64,000 nucleotides of DNA from Candidatus Fervidifonticultor sextus (GCA_031459875.1 JAVKHQ010000003.1:64001-128000); one strand, 5' to 3'. Counted from the stretch's first letter, positions 18,828 through 28,769 are shown. The notes: generated by a model not told the origin, from the letters alone. A program made the numbers and translations.

Positions 18828-20683
18828 TGCCGTCGGTGGCGCATCCCTTCCTGGCCCGACTCGCCGAGGGCCCGCTGGTGGCCGCCGGCGCCATGGGGAC
18901 GATGCTCTATGCCCGCGGGGTGCCCTTCGATCAGTGCTTCGACGCTGTCAACCTCAACAGGCCGCATCTCGTCAGCGAGATCCACGACGCCTACCTGGCA
19001 GCCGGCGCGGAACTGCTGGAGACCAACACCTTCGGGGCCAACCGGCTGAAACTGGCCGGCCACGGGCTGGCCGACCAGGTCGAGGCCATCAACGCCGCCG
19101 GCGTCCGCCTGGCGCGCCAGGCCGCCGCCGCGGCGGGCCGGCGGATCTGGATCGCCGGTTCCATCGGGCCGCTGGGCCGGCCGATGGCCCCGCTGGGGAC
19201 GACCGGGGAGGCCGAGGCCGACGCCGTCTTCGCCGAGCAGGCCCGCGCGCTGGCGGCGGCCGGCGCCGATGTGCTGATCCTGGAGACGTTCGTCGACCTT
19301 ACCGAACTGGCCGTGGCATTCCAGGCGTCGCGGCGGGTGACCGATCTGCCGATCATCGCCCAGATGTCCTTCGCCCCTGACGGCCGCACGCTGGTGGGCC
19401 ACACGCCGGAGGAGATCGTCGCCCGGCTGGAGGGGCTGGGCGCCTCGGTCATTGGCGCCAACTGCAGCGTCGGTCCCCACGGGATCGTCGAGGTGCTGGA
19501 GCGGATGGCGGCGGTCAGCCACACCCCGCTGTCGGCCATGCCGAACGCCGGCCAGCCGACGTACGTCGGCGGCCGCATCGCCTACGTGGCCTCTCCTGCC
19601 TACACGGCCGAGCACGCCGTCATGCTCGCGGACCTGGGGGTGTCCCTGATCGGCGGGTGCTGCGGGACGACCCCTGACCACATTGCCGCCATCAGGCAGG
19701 CGCTGGCCGGCTACCGCAGGACCGCTCCCCGGCCGAAGGCCCCGCTCGTCGTCTCGCGCCCGCCCCTGCCGGCTCCGGCGCCGGAGCCGCCGAGCTCGCT
19801 GGCGCAGAAACTGGGCCGGCGGTTCGTGCTCACCGTGGAGGTCTCCCCGCCGCGGGGCGCCCAGGATGCCGACGAACTGGAGCACTGCCGCCGCCTGCGC
19901 GCCGCCGGGGTGGACGCCATCAACGTGACCGACAACCCGCTGGCGCGTCTGCGGATGAGCCCGTGGGCCACCGCCGTGCGCATCCAGCGAGAGGTCGGCC
20001 TGGAGACCATCCTGCACTTCACCACGCGGGATCGGAACCTGATCCGGTTGCAGTCCGACCTGCTGGCCGTGCACGCGCTGGGCATCCGCAACGTGCTGGT
20101 CCTGCGTGGGGATCCGCCGCAGGCCGGCGACTACCCGCAGGCCACCGCGGTGGCCGACATCCATCCGTCCGGTGTGGTGAGGATGATCAATGAGTTCAAC
20201 CAGGGCCGTGATCTGGCCGGCAACTCCATCGGTGGTCCCACGCGATTCCTGGCCGGCGTCGCCCTCAACATGGCCGCGCGCCCCCTGGAGCGGGAGGTGC
20301 GGGGCCTGGAGCGCAAGCTGGCTGCGGGGGCCGACTTCATCTGCACGATGCCGATCTTCGATCCCGAGACGCTCGACCGGTTCGTGGAACGGTTCGGCCG
20401 GTTGCCGGTCCCCGTCCTGGTCGGCATCCTGCCTCTGCACAGCGCCCGGCACGCGGAGTTCCTGCACAACGAACTGCCCGGGATGGTGGTGCCCGACCAC
20501 GTCCGGGCGCGGATGCGGGACGCCAGGGACGGCCGCGAGGAGGGCCTGCGGCTGGCCCGTGACCTGCTGCTGGCGATCCGCCACCAGGCCGGCGGCGCCT
20601 ATCTCATTCCCGCGTTCGGCCGCTACGAACGCATCATCGACCTGGTGCGCGAGGTCCGGCCGGTGCTCCCGGCGCGCCAGTGA
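18827..20683 (+). CDS. Bifunctional homocysteine S-methyltransferase / methylenetetrahydrofolate reductase (YitJ type)
   Basis: ETNTFGAN, GANCS, GGCCGT Zn ligands; C-terminal MTHFR domain (RDRN, HNELPG). Confidence 0.9.
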   Translation: MPSVAHPFLARLAEGPLVAAGAMGTMLYARGVPFDQCFDAVNLNRPHLVSEIHDAYLAAGAELLETNTFGANRLKLAGHGLADQVEAINAAGVRLARQAAAAAGRRIWIAGSIGPLGRPMAPLGTTGEAEADAVFAEQARALAAAGADVLILETFVDLTELAVAFQASRRVTDLPIIAQMSFAPDGRTLVGHTPEEIVARLEGLGASVIGANCSVGPHGIVEVLERMAAVSHTPLSAMPNAGQPTYVGGRIAYVASPAYTAEHAVMLADLGVSLIGGCCGTTPDHIAAIRQALAGYRRTAPRPKAPLVVSRPPLPAPAPEPPSSLAQKLGRRFVLTVEVSPPRGAQDADELEHCRRLRAAGVDAINVTDNPLARLRMSPWATAVRIQREVGLETILHFTTRDRNLIRLQSDLLAVHALGIRNVLVLRGDPPQAGDYPQATAVADIHPSGVVRMINEFNQGRDLAGNSIGGPTRFLAGVALNMAARPLEREVRGLERKLAAGADFICTMPIFDPETLDRFVERFGRLPVPVLVGILPLHSARHAEFLHNELPGMVVPDHVRARMRDARDGREEGLRLARDLLLAIRHQAGGAYLIPAFGRYERIIDLVREVRPVLPARQ

Positions 20684-21414
20684 ACGGCGGCCGCCGGGAG
20701 GTCCGGGTCGAGGGACACCGCCTCATCCGCGCGCCCCTGCAGCGGGTCTGGCAGTTGCTCAGCCGCCTGGAATCTTATCCCCGGTACGCCAGCCTCTGGC
20801 TGACGGCGGACCTGCTGGAGCGATCACAGAGGTCGGCGCTGGTCGAGTTCCGGGGATTCTTCGGCGGACTGCCGGTCACCTCAGTCCAGCGGGTGGTGAT
20901 GCGGCCGCCCGGCCGGATCGAGTTCCGGCAGGTGCGGGGGACCCTGCGGGCCCTCTCCGGCGTCTACGCGCTGAAGGACGTCGAAGGCGAGACCGATCTG
21001 ACGGTCCGGATGGCCGCAGACGCCGGCATCGTCTTCTTCTCTGAGGAGTCGGTCCAGCAGATCCTGGTGGCGCACATCGACCGCATGCTGACGAGGATCA
21101 AGGCCTCGGCCGAGCGCGACCTCGCACGCGCGATCGTGCGGAGGAGCCCGGCATCCGGCGAGGGGGGGACTGCGGCGGCTGCGCTCTCTGCGAGGGGTGA
21201 TGCGGCCCTCCCGGCAGAGGAGGAGGAAGAGGCAGGACCCGGCCAGGAAGGGGAACCGCCCCCGCCCGCCGGGCCTCCGCCGGTGATGGCCGGCCAACCA
21301 CCGCAATCGACCGCACTGCCGGCCACCGCGCCCGGCGAGCGGCGCCGACGACGCCGCTGGCGCCGCCGCCGCGGTCACCTCCGGGCGGGCGGAGACGAGC
21401 CGCAGGGTTCCTGA
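20680..21414 (+). CDS. SRPBCC/START-like protein with low-complexity tail
   Basis: I.AP...VW..L...E.YP N-terminal pattern; poly-Glu/Pro/Arg C-terminus. Confidence 0.7.
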   Translation: MNGGRREVRVEGHRLIRAPLQRVWQLLSRLESYPRYASLWLTADLLERSQRSALVEFRGFFGGLPVTSVQRVVMRPPGRIEFRQVRGTLRALSGVYALKDVEGETDLTVRMAADAGIVFFSEESVQQILVAHIDRMLTRIKASAERDLARAIVRRSPASGEGGTAAAALSARGDAALPAEEEEEAGPGQEGEPPPPAGPPPVMAGQPPQSTALPATAPGERRRRRRWRRRRGHLRAGGDEPQGS

Positions 21415-21487
21415 CCGGCCACCTGGACTGTCCTGCGGGCCCCGCACGCCGCCGCACGGGGTCCCGTAGTCGGTCCCCGCGGGCGAA

Positions 21488-21496
21488 TGCTACACT
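21488..21496 (+). promoter_or_regulatory. Putative extended -10 (TGcTACACT) upstream of mrp
   Basis: TGn-TAnnnT about 30 bp before the ATG, with a GGAGG RBS between. Confidence 0.45.
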
Positions 21497-21526
21497 GGCA
21501 GTACGCGCTACCTGTGGAGGTCGAGC

Positions 21527-22639
21527 ATGTCCCGACGCCAGAATGGGCCCACACGAGAGCAGGTGCTGGCAGCGCTGCGCGACGTCTACGATCCCGAACT
21601 CCACAAGAGCATCGTCGAACTGGACATGGTCCAGCGCATCGGCATCCAGGACGGACGGGTCACGGTGGACGCGCTGCTCACCATCAGCGGGTGCCCGCTG
21701 CGGGACACCATCGTAGCCTCCATCGCCGAGAAGGTGAAGGCGCTGCCCGGCGTGACCGACGTGGAGGTCCGCCTGGGGGTCATGAGCGGTGAGCAGCGAC
21801 AGGCCCTGGTCCAGCGCCTGCGGGGCGGTGAGATCCACCCCCAGCGGAAGTCCCCGTTCCTGACGCCCGGCTCGCCGACGCGGGTCATCGCGGTGGCCAG
21901 CGGCAAGGGCGGGGTCGGCAAGTCTACGGTGACCGCCAACCTGGCCGTGGCGATGGCGATGGCCGGCCACCGGGTCGGCGTCCTCGATGCGGACGTCTAC
22001 GGCTTCTCGATCCCCCGCATGCTGGGCATCACCGGTCGTCCGACTGCCATCGACCAGATGCTGATTCCTCTAGAGCGCGACGGGATCCGCGTCATGTCCA
22101 TCGGGTTCCTGCTGCCCGACGAAGGAGAGGCCGTGGTCTGGCGCGGTCCGATGCTGCACAAGACCCTGGTGACCTTCATCCAGGAAGTCCACTGGGGCGA
22201 CGACCTGGAGTACCTGCTGATCGACCTGCCGCCCGGCACCGGCGACGTGTCGCTGTCCATCGCCCAGACCCTGCCGGAGGCCACCATGCTGATCGTGACG
22301 ACCCCGCAGCCCGCGGCCGCCAGTGTCGCCCAGCGCGCGGCCAGGATGGCCGAGAAGGTCAACATGGAGGTCGTGGGCGTCGTCGAGAACATGTCGGGCT
22401 TCACGCCCACCCCCGGGGGGCCCACCATCGACGTCTTCGGACGCGGCGGCGGGCTGCGGCTGGCCGAAGTCCTCGGCGTGCCACTGCTGGGGGAGGTCCC
22501 GCTGGACGTCCTCGTGCGGGAGGGCTGCGACGCTGGCGAACCGGTGGTGCGGGCACATCCCGACTCGCCGGCCGCCCGGGCGCTGCGCGAGGTGGCGCAC
22601 AAGCTGGTGCGCCTGCTGCCGGTGGGCTCCCACACCTAG
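21527..22639 (+). CDS. mrp: Mrp/NBP35 (ApbC) Fe-S carrier ATPase with N-terminal DUF59-like domain
   Basis: DPEL..SIVEL, GCP, SGKGGVGKS, WRGPM, DLPPGTGD, ENMS. Confidence 0.93.
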   Translation: MSRRQNGPTREQVLAALRDVYDPELHKSIVELDMVQRIGIQDGRVTVDALLTISGCPLRDTIVASIAEKVKALPGVTDVEVRLGVMSGEQRQALVQRLRGGEIHPQRKSPFLTPGSPTRVIAVASGKGGVGKSTVTANLAVAMAMAGHRVGVLDADVYGFSIPRMLGITGRPTAIDQMLIPLERDGIRVMSIGFLLPDEGEAVVWRGPMLHKTLVTFIQEVHWGDDLEYLLIDLPPGTGDVSLSIAQTLPEATMLIVTTPQPAAASVAQRAARMAEKVNMEVVGVVENMSGFTPTPGGPTIDVFGRGGGLRLAEVLGVPLLGEVPLDVLVREGCDAGEPVVRAHPDSPAARALREVAHKLVRLLPVGSHT

Positions 22640-22668
22640 CCGGGCACGGCGGAAGGAGCGGACATCAC

Positions 22669-24159
22669 GTGGCAGAGCAGACGCAGGTTCGGGCCCGCAA
22701 CTACATCGCCGGTCGGTGGGTGGAGGCCAGAGACGGGCGCACGATGCCGTCGGTGAATCCGGCCACCGGGGCGGTGCTGGGCGAGGTGCCGGATTCCCAA
22801 GCCGCCGATGTGGACGCAGCGGTGCGCGCGGCCGCCGAGGCATGGCCGCGCTGGCGGGCCACCCCCGCGCCGCGGCGGGCCGAGATCCTCTTCCGCGTCG
22901 CCGAACGGCTCGTGCAGCGCAAGGAAGACCTGGCCCGTCTGATGACCCAGGAGATGGGCAAGATCCTGATCGAGACGCGCGGCGACGTGCAGGAAGCCAT
23001 CGACATGACCTACTTCATCGCGGGCGAGGGCCGGCGGCTGCACGGCTACACCACAGCCAGCGAGATGCCGCGCAAAGCGGCCTACTGCGTGCGCCAGCCG
23101 CTGGGGGTGGTCGGGGTCATCACGCCCTGGAACTTTCCGGTGGCCATCCCCTCCTGGAAGATCGTCCCGGCGCTGGTGTGCGGGAACACCGTGGTCTTCA
23201 AGCCGGCGTCGTACACGCCGCTGGTCGCCGCGGCCTTCGTCCAGGTGTTCGAGGAGGCGGGGCTGCCGCCCGGGGTCCTGAACCTGGTGACCGGTCGCCA
23301 GGCCGGGGCCGCCCTGGCAGACCACCCGGAGGTGGCGTTGATCTCGTTTACGGGGTCCACGGAGGTCGGCCTGCAGCTCGCCGCGCGCTGCGCCGCGCGC
23401 GGCGTTCGGGTGTCGCTGGAGATGGGCGGCAAGAACGCCGCCATCGTCCTCGACGATGCCGACCTGGACCTGGTCACCGACGCGCTCACCTGGAGCGCGT
23501 TTGGCACCACGGGTCAGCGGTGCACCGCGTGCAGCCGGATCGTGACGACCCCGCGGGTGCACGGCGAGGTGGTCGAGCGGCTGGCCGAGCGCGCCGCCCG
23601 CCTGCGCGTGGGGAACGGCCTGGACCCGGCCACGGAGATGGGCCCGCTGGTCAGCGAGACCCAGCGGGCGACCGTGGAGCACTACGTGGGGATCGGCCGG
23701 CAGGAGGGCGTGCGGGTCGTGATCGGCGGAGAGCGGCTCCGTCCTGCGGGCCTGGAGGGCGGCTACTTCTTCGCCCCCACCATCTTCGACGGGGTCCGGC
23801 CGCAGATGCGGGTGGCCCAGGAGGAGATCTTCGGGCCGGTGGTCGGCATCCTCGAGGCCGAGGCGCTGGACGAGGCCATCGAGGTGGTCAACGGGGTCCG
23901 CTACGGCCTCTCCGCGTCCATCTTCACCCGGAACGTGAATGCCGCCATGCGGGCGGTGGAGGAGATCCGCACCGGCATCGTCTACGTGAACCACGGGACC
24001 ATCGGTGCCGAGGTGCACCTGCCGTTTGGCGGCACCCGCCAGACCGGCAACGGCCACCGGGAAGGCGGGCTGCAGGTGCTGGACGTCTTCACCGAGTGGA
24101 AGAGCGTCTACATCGACTACAGCGGGAGGCTGCAGCGTGCGCAGATCGACCGTGACTGA
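22669..24159 (+). CDS. NAD(P)-dependent aldehyde dehydrogenase
   Basis: PWNFP, FTGSTEVG, LEMGGKN, GQRCT, EEIFGP. Confidence 0.94.
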   Translation: MAEQTQVRARNYIAGRWVEARDGRTMPSVNPATGAVLGEVPDSQAADVDAAVRAAAEAWPRWRATPAPRRAEILFRVAERLVQRKEDLARLMTQEMGKILIETRGDVQEAIDMTYFIAGEGRRLHGYTTASEMPRKAAYCVRQPLGVVGVITPWNFPVAIPSWKIVPALVCGNTVVFKPASYTPLVAAAFVQVFEEAGLPPGVLNLVTGRQAGAALADHPEVALISFTGSTEVGLQLAARCAARGVRVSLEMGGKNAAIVLDDADLDLVTDALTWSAFGTTGQRCTACSRIVTTPRVHGEVVERLAERAARLRVGNGLDPATEMGPLVSETQRATVEHYVGIGRQEGVRVVIGGERLRPAGLEGGYFFAPTIFDGVRPQMRVAQEEIFGPVVGILEAEALDEAIEVVNGVRYGLSASIFTRNVNAAMRAVEEIRTGIVYVNHGTIGAEVHLPFGGTRQTGNGHREGGLQVLDVFTEWKSVYIDYSGRLQRAQIDRD

Positions 24160-24820
24160 TCCGCGCCGATGGCTTCGCCGTGCCGCGGCCGTCGGGGTCG
24201 CCGGCCTGCTGGCGCTGGCCATCTCCGCGCCGGGCGCGCACGCCCAGGGCACCGCCGCCGAATGGCCAGCCCTGATCCGCCGTTACGAGGAGCAGGTGGC
24301 CCGCACGCCGTCGGACCCCACGACGCGCTTCACCCTGGCGATGCTCTACGCCCGCGAGGGCCGTCTGCTGGACGGCTACAAGCAGCTCCAGGAGGCCGAC
24401 AGGGCGGCCGGTCCGGCCCGCCGCCTGCCGCTGGCGCGTCAGATCGCCCGCGAGGCTGAAGACCTGCTGCGCCGCAACCCCCACGACCTGCTGGCCCGGT
24501 ACCGCCTCGCCTTCGCGCGTCACTTCCTCGGAGACCACGCCGGGTCTGCGGCGGAACTGGAGCGGGTCGTGGCCGCCGAGCCGCGCAACGACTGGGGCTA
24601 CGGGTACCTGGGGCAGGCCTATGCCACCCTCGGCCAGCTCGACCGCGCCATCGCGACCTGGGAGCGGGGCCTGGTGGTCAACCCCAACAATGCCGTGCTC
24701 CACTACGTGTTGGGTCTGGCCTACTCGAAGAAAGACGACAAAAAGAAAGCCGCCGCCCACCTGGCGGCGGCCTACCGGGACCGCACACTGTACGACTACG
24801 TGACCGGGAACCGCCGGTGA
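24152..24820 (+). CDS. Exported TPR protein
   Basis: Signal peptide ending AHA; TPR-like repeats (YLGQAYATLGQLDRAIATWERGL..NP). Confidence 0.8.
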   Translation: MTDPRRWLRRAAAVGVAGLLALAISAPGAHAQGTAAEWPALIRRYEEQVARTPSDPTTRFTLAMLYAREGRLLDGYKQLQEADRAAGPARRLPLARQIAREAEDLLRRNPHDLLARYRLAFARHFLGDHAGSAAELERVVAAEPRNDWGYGYLGQAYATLGQLDRAIATWERGLVVNPNNAVLHYVLGLAYSKKDDKKKAAAHLAAAYRDRTLYDYVTGNRR

Positions 24821-25662
24821 TCCGGATGCGCAGGTGTCTTTCGGCCGTGGTGGTCGGCAGCGCCCTGGCCTGTCTGCCGGTTCCCCCGGCGCTGGCTCAG
24901 GCCGTCTCGCCTGCGCCGGCTGCCACGCCGGGCGGCCGCCCTCCCCTGCATATCAGCGCCGACGAGATGCACATCGACGCCGCAACCCGGGTGGCGGTGG
25001 CGGTGGGTCGGGTCCGCATCAGCGACGGGACCACGACGGCCACCGCGGCGCGCGCGACGCTCTACCACCGCGAGGGCCGCGGGGTGCTCGCCGGTCAGGC
25101 GCGGGTGCGGGGCCCGCAGGGGCTCCTGGAGGGCGATGAGATTACCGTCTGGTATACGGCCCGGGCGATCACCCGCATCGTGGCCAGGGGCGCGGCCAGC
25201 CTCGAGGCCGAGGCCTCGCTGGTCACGGCGCGGGTGGTGACGATCGCCCCGTCGGCCGACACGGTGACCGCGGAGCGGGAGGTCACCCTGTTCGTGCCGC
25301 CCGACGTCGTGGCCACCGGCGCGCGCCTCGTCTACCAGCGGGCGCGGGGCACAGCCGTCCTGGAGGGCCGCGGCCGCGTGGCGAACCCCGACGGCTTCAT
25401 CGAAGCCGACCGCATCGAGGGCACGCGCAGGATGGCCTCGGCGGTCGCCACCGGGGACGTCTGGAGCGTCTTCCGGGACATCGAGGTCCGCAGCCGCACC
25501 GCGGAGCTCGTCGCGGCAGAGCAGAAAGCGGTCTTCGTCGGCGATGTGCGCGTGGCCCAGCCGGGGCGTCGGATGACCAGCGAACGGGTCACGCTCTGGT
25601 ACGGAGTCGGCCGGGTCGTGGCGGAAGGCCAAACGTGGATGCGACTCGAACCTCAACCGTGA
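24817..25662 (+). CDS. LptA/OstA-like periplasmic beta-jellyroll protein
   Basis: Signal peptide (ALA), PLHISADEM, repeated G.V/A beta-strand units. Confidence 0.72.
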   Translation: MIRMRRCLSAVVVGSALACLPVPPALAQAVSPAPAATPGGRPPLHISADEMHIDAATRVAVAVGRVRISDGTTTATAARATLYHREGRGVLAGQARVRGPQGLLEGDEITVWYTARAITRIVARGAASLEAEASLVTARVVTIAPSADTVTAEREVTLFVPPDVVATGARLVYQRARGTAVLEGRGRVANPDGFIEADRIEGTRRMASAVATGDVWSVFRDIEVRSRTAELVAAEQKAVFVGDVRVAQPGRRMTSERVTLWYGVGRVVAEGQTWMRLEPQP

Positions 25663-25708
25663 GGGCTGGCTGCGCAGGGAGTCCGCAGCACGCGAAGGAG
25701 GGTCGGTC

Positions 25709-26617
25709 ATGGTCATCGAGCGGGTGAAGCGTCCCAGCCTGGAGGCGATGCCGCTCGCGCAGGGCAAGCGCGCGCGGCTCTACCGGCTCCTCTATGAACA
25801 CGGACCCGGGCACGGGACCATGCTGGTGCTGCCGGTGGACCAGGGGCTGGAACACGGGCCGGTGGACTTCCTCCCCAACCCGCCCAGCGAGAACCCGGAG
25901 TTCCAGATCCGGCTGGCCATCGACGGCGGGTACTCTGCGATCGCCTTTCACTATGGCATTGCCGCCCGCTACCTGCCGCCGGTCGCGGGCAAGATTCCCT
26001 TGATTCTGAAGATCAACGGGAAGACCGATATCCCCCCGGCCGACCGGGCGTTCTCGGGGCTCACCGGGCGCGTGGAGGACGCCGTGCGGCTGGGCGCCGA
26101 CGCCGTGGGGTACACGCTGTACGTGGGATCGCCGCGCCAGGACGAGGACTTCCGTCAGCTCACGGAGGTACGGGCCGACTGCGACCGCTACGGTATGCCG
26201 CTCGTGGTCTGGTCGTACCCTCGCGGAGAGGCGATCGAGAAGAAGGGCGGCCGCGACAGCCTCTACGCGGTGGACTACGCCGCACGGGTGGCGGCCGAAC
26301 TGGGCGCCGACGTCATCAAGCTCAACGTTCCCGTCTTCGATGAGAAGGCCAAGGCCTCGCCCAGGCCCTATGGCGAGATGCAGCTGGAGTACCGCGCGGC
26401 CGTCGAGAAGGTGGTGCGCAGCGCCGGGCAGGCGTTCGTCCTCTTCTCCGGCGGGAGCAAGATCGGCGACGAGGACCTGCTGGACAAGGCCCGGCTGGTG
26501 ATGGAGGCCGGGGCGACGGGCCTGATCTTCGGCCGGAACATGTGGCAGCGGCCGATGCCCGATGCGCTGCGCCTGACTGCCGAGATCAAGCGCATCATGC
26601 TGGCCGCGGTGGCGTAG
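25709..26617 (+). CDS. Class I fructose-bisphosphate aldolase (DhnA/archaeal type)
   Basis: DQGLEHGP, GADAVGYTLYVGS, WSYPRG, ELGADVIK Schiff-base Lys, GRN. Confidence 0.88.
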   Translation: MVIERVKRPSLEAMPLAQGKRARLYRLLYEHGPGHGTMLVLPVDQGLEHGPVDFLPNPPSENPEFQIRLAIDGGYSAIAFHYGIAARYLPPVAGKIPLILKINGKTDIPPADRAFSGLTGRVEDAVRLGADAVGYTLYVGSPRQDEDFRQLTEVRADCDRYGMPLVVWSYPRGEAIEKKGGRDSLYAVDYAARVAAELGADVIKLNVPVFDEKAKASPRPYGEMQLEYRAAVEKVVRSAGQAFVLFSGGSKIGDEDLLDKARLVMEAGATGLIFGRNMWQRPMPDALRLTAEIKRIMLAAVA

Positions 26618-26622
26618 CCCGG

Positions 26623-27726
26623 TTGCCGATCCCCCTCGCGCCCCTGCAGGCGCTCGTCAGCAATCCGTTGCCGGAGGAGGTGCCCGGCGCGCTCGTCGCG
26701 CTCATCGGCGACCACCCGTCGGCGTACTCGCGCAGCCCGCGGATCTGGACGCCGGTCTTCCGGCACCTGGGGATCGACGCCGCCTACCTGCCGCTGGACG
26801 TCCCGCCCGGCCGGCTGGAGGCGGTCTTGGCGATCCTGCGCGAGACCGACGCCTGCCTGGGCGCCAACGTCACCATGCCCTACAAGGAGGCGGTGGTGCC
26901 GCTGCTGGACGATCTCGACGCCGTCACCTCGGCCGTGGGCGCGGTCAACACTATCGTGCGGTCTGCGCGCGGCAGGCTGGCCGGCACCAACACGGACGGG
27001 GTCGGGCTGGTGGCCGCCCTCCTGCACCCGGGGACCGATGGGCCCCTGGTGGAGACCCTGTACGGGCACACCGTGCTCCTCATCGGCGGTGGCGGCGCCG
27101 CGCGGGCCGCGGCGGTGGCTCTGGTGCCGCTGGTGGGGACGGGGGAACTGCTGGTCACCAATCGGACGGCCGCGCGGGCCGAGGACGTGGCGGCCAGGGC
27201 GCGTGCTGCTGGCGGCCGCGCCCGGGCGATCCCGGAGGACGACCTCGATGAGGTCCTGCCCGCCGTGGACCTCGTCATCAACGCCTCGCTGCGCGGGCAG
27301 GCCGGCATCCGGCAGACGCCCCAGGGGTGGACCTGCCTGGAGCCGTACTCGGCGCTGGCGCCGGCCGACCCTCCGGTGCTACCCCGGATGCCGGAGGAGG
27401 CCTTCATGGCCGCCTGGCGCGCCCGGGCCCGGGCCGGCGTCGAAGCCAACCACGCGCGTTCGCAGGAGCGCGTCCACCGGCTGCCGCGGGGCGCGGCGGT
27501 CTTCGACATGATCTATGCGCCGGCCGAGACCCCGCTGGTCCGGCACGCGCGCGACGCCGGACTGCGGGCGGCCAACGGGCGGTGGATGAACATCGCCCAG
27601 GCCGTCGAAGCCTGCGTGGCGCACGTGTGCGCCCGCCGGATTGCTGAGATAGGGATCGACCGCGAGGCAGCGCGGGCGGAGGTCACCCGGCTGATGGCCG
27701 AGGCCTGGGACGGCCAGTCCCCTTAG
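26623..27726 (+). CDS. aroE: Shikimate dehydrogenase family protein
   Basis: SRSP, GANVTMPYK, GAVNT, NTDG, GGGGAARA, DMIYAP..T; start (TTG) uncertain. Confidence 0.8.
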   Translation: MPIPLAPLQALVSNPLPEEVPGALVALIGDHPSAYSRSPRIWTPVFRHLGIDAAYLPLDVPPGRLEAVLAILRETDACLGANVTMPYKEAVVPLLDDLDAVTSAVGAVNTIVRSARGRLAGTNTDGVGLVAALLHPGTDGPLVETLYGHTVLLIGGGGAARAAAVALVPLVGTGELLVTNRTAARAEDVAARARAAGGRARAIPEDDLDEVLPAVDLVINASLRGQAGIRQTPQGWTCLEPYSALAPADPPVLPRMPEEAFMAAWRARARAGVEANHARSQERVHRLPRGAAVFDMIYAPAETPLVRHARDAGLRAANGRWMNIAQAVEACVAHVCARRIAEIGIDREAARAEVTRLMAEAWDGQSP

Positions 27727-27740
27727 AGGGCGAGGGAGCC

Positions 27741-28769
27741 ATGCGGGCAGTCAGGATCCACCAGCACGGCGGTCCTGAGGTGCTTGCCCTGGAAGACGCC
27801 CCGGAGCCGTCTGCGGGACCGACCGAGGTGCTGGTCGGCGTCCGCGCCGTGGCGCTCAACCACATCGACCTCTGGGTCCGGCGCGGGCTGCCGCGGCTGC
27901 GGCTGAGCTTCCCCCACATCCTGGGCGCGGATGTCGCCGGGGTGGTCGCCGCGGTCGGCGAGGCGGCCCGTGGCGTGCGGCCCGGCGACGAGGTGGTGCT
28001 GGCCCCGGGGGTCTCGTGCGGCCAGTGTCCGGCGTGTCTTGCCGGAGCCGACAACAGCTGCGAGTCGTATGCGATCCTGGGCGAGCACATCCCCGGCGGC
28101 TACGCGCAATATGTCGTCGTGCCCCGGGCGAACGTCTTGCCCAAGCCGGCGCACCTCACCTTCGAGGAGGCGGCCGCGGTGCCGCTCGTCTTCCAGACGG
28201 CCTGGAACATGCTGGTGACCAACGGCCGTATCCGTATGGGAGACACGGTGTTGATCTGGGGGGCGGGGAGCGGGGTGGGCAGCGCCGGCGTCCAGATCGC
28301 CAAGGCGTTGGGCGCCCGGGTGCTGGCCACCGTCGGGGCGGCCTGGAAGGCCGAACGCGCCAGGGACCTCGGGGCTGATGAGGTCATCAACCACACCGAG
28401 CAGAACGTCTATGAGGAAGTCCGCCGGCTGACCGACCGCCGCGGCGTGGATGTGGCCTTCGACCATGTGGGCAAGGCGACCTGGGAGACCAGCCTGCGGG
28501 TGCTCGCGCGCGGGGGCCGGCTGGTCACGTGCGGGGCCACCACCGGTCCGGACGCGACTACGGACATCCGGTACATCTTCAGCCGCCAGTTGAGCATCCA
28601 CGGCACGTACATGGGGCCCAAGCGCGACCTGCACGCGGTGATGCGGCTGGTCGAAGCCGGCCGGATTCGCCCGGTGGTCCACGCGGTCCTGCCCCTGGCC
28701 GAGGCCGCCGAGGCGCACCGCATGCTGGAGCGGCGGGAACAGTTCGGGAAGATCGTGCTGGTGCCCTGA
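27741..28769 (+). CDS. Zn-binding MDR-family dehydrogenase / quinone oxidoreductase
   Basis: GGPEVL, LNHIDL, CGQCPAC-x7-C, GAGSGVG, GKIVL. Confidence 0.88.
   Translation: MRAVRIHQHGGPEVLALEDAPEPSAGPTEVLVGVRAVALNHIDLWVRRGLPRLRLSFPHILGADVAGVVAAVGEAARGVRPGDEVVLAPGVSCGQCPACLAGADNSCESYAILGEHIPGGYAQYVVVPRANVLPKPAHLTFEEAAAVPLVFQTAWNMLVTNGRIRMGDTVLIWGAGSGVGSAGVQIAKALGARVLATVGAAWKAERARDLGADEVINHTEQNVYEEVRRLTDRRGVDVAFDHVGKATWETSLRVLARGGRLVTCGATTGPDATTDIRYIFSRQLSIHGTYMGPKRDLHAVMRLVEAGRIRPVVHAVLPLAEAAEAHRMLERREQFGKIVLVP

Noticed and set aside
17644..18830. SAM riboswitch upstream of the YitJ-type gene
   Set aside because: The gene overlaps the ACAD stop codon, leaving no leader, and no SAM-I consensus was seen
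25709..27726. DhnA aldolase plus aroE as the archaeal alternative shikimate entry (ADH synthase)
   Set aside because: Motifs (EHGP.DF..NP, WSYPRG) fit FBP aldolase better, and no DHQ synthase II is adjacent; not fully excluded
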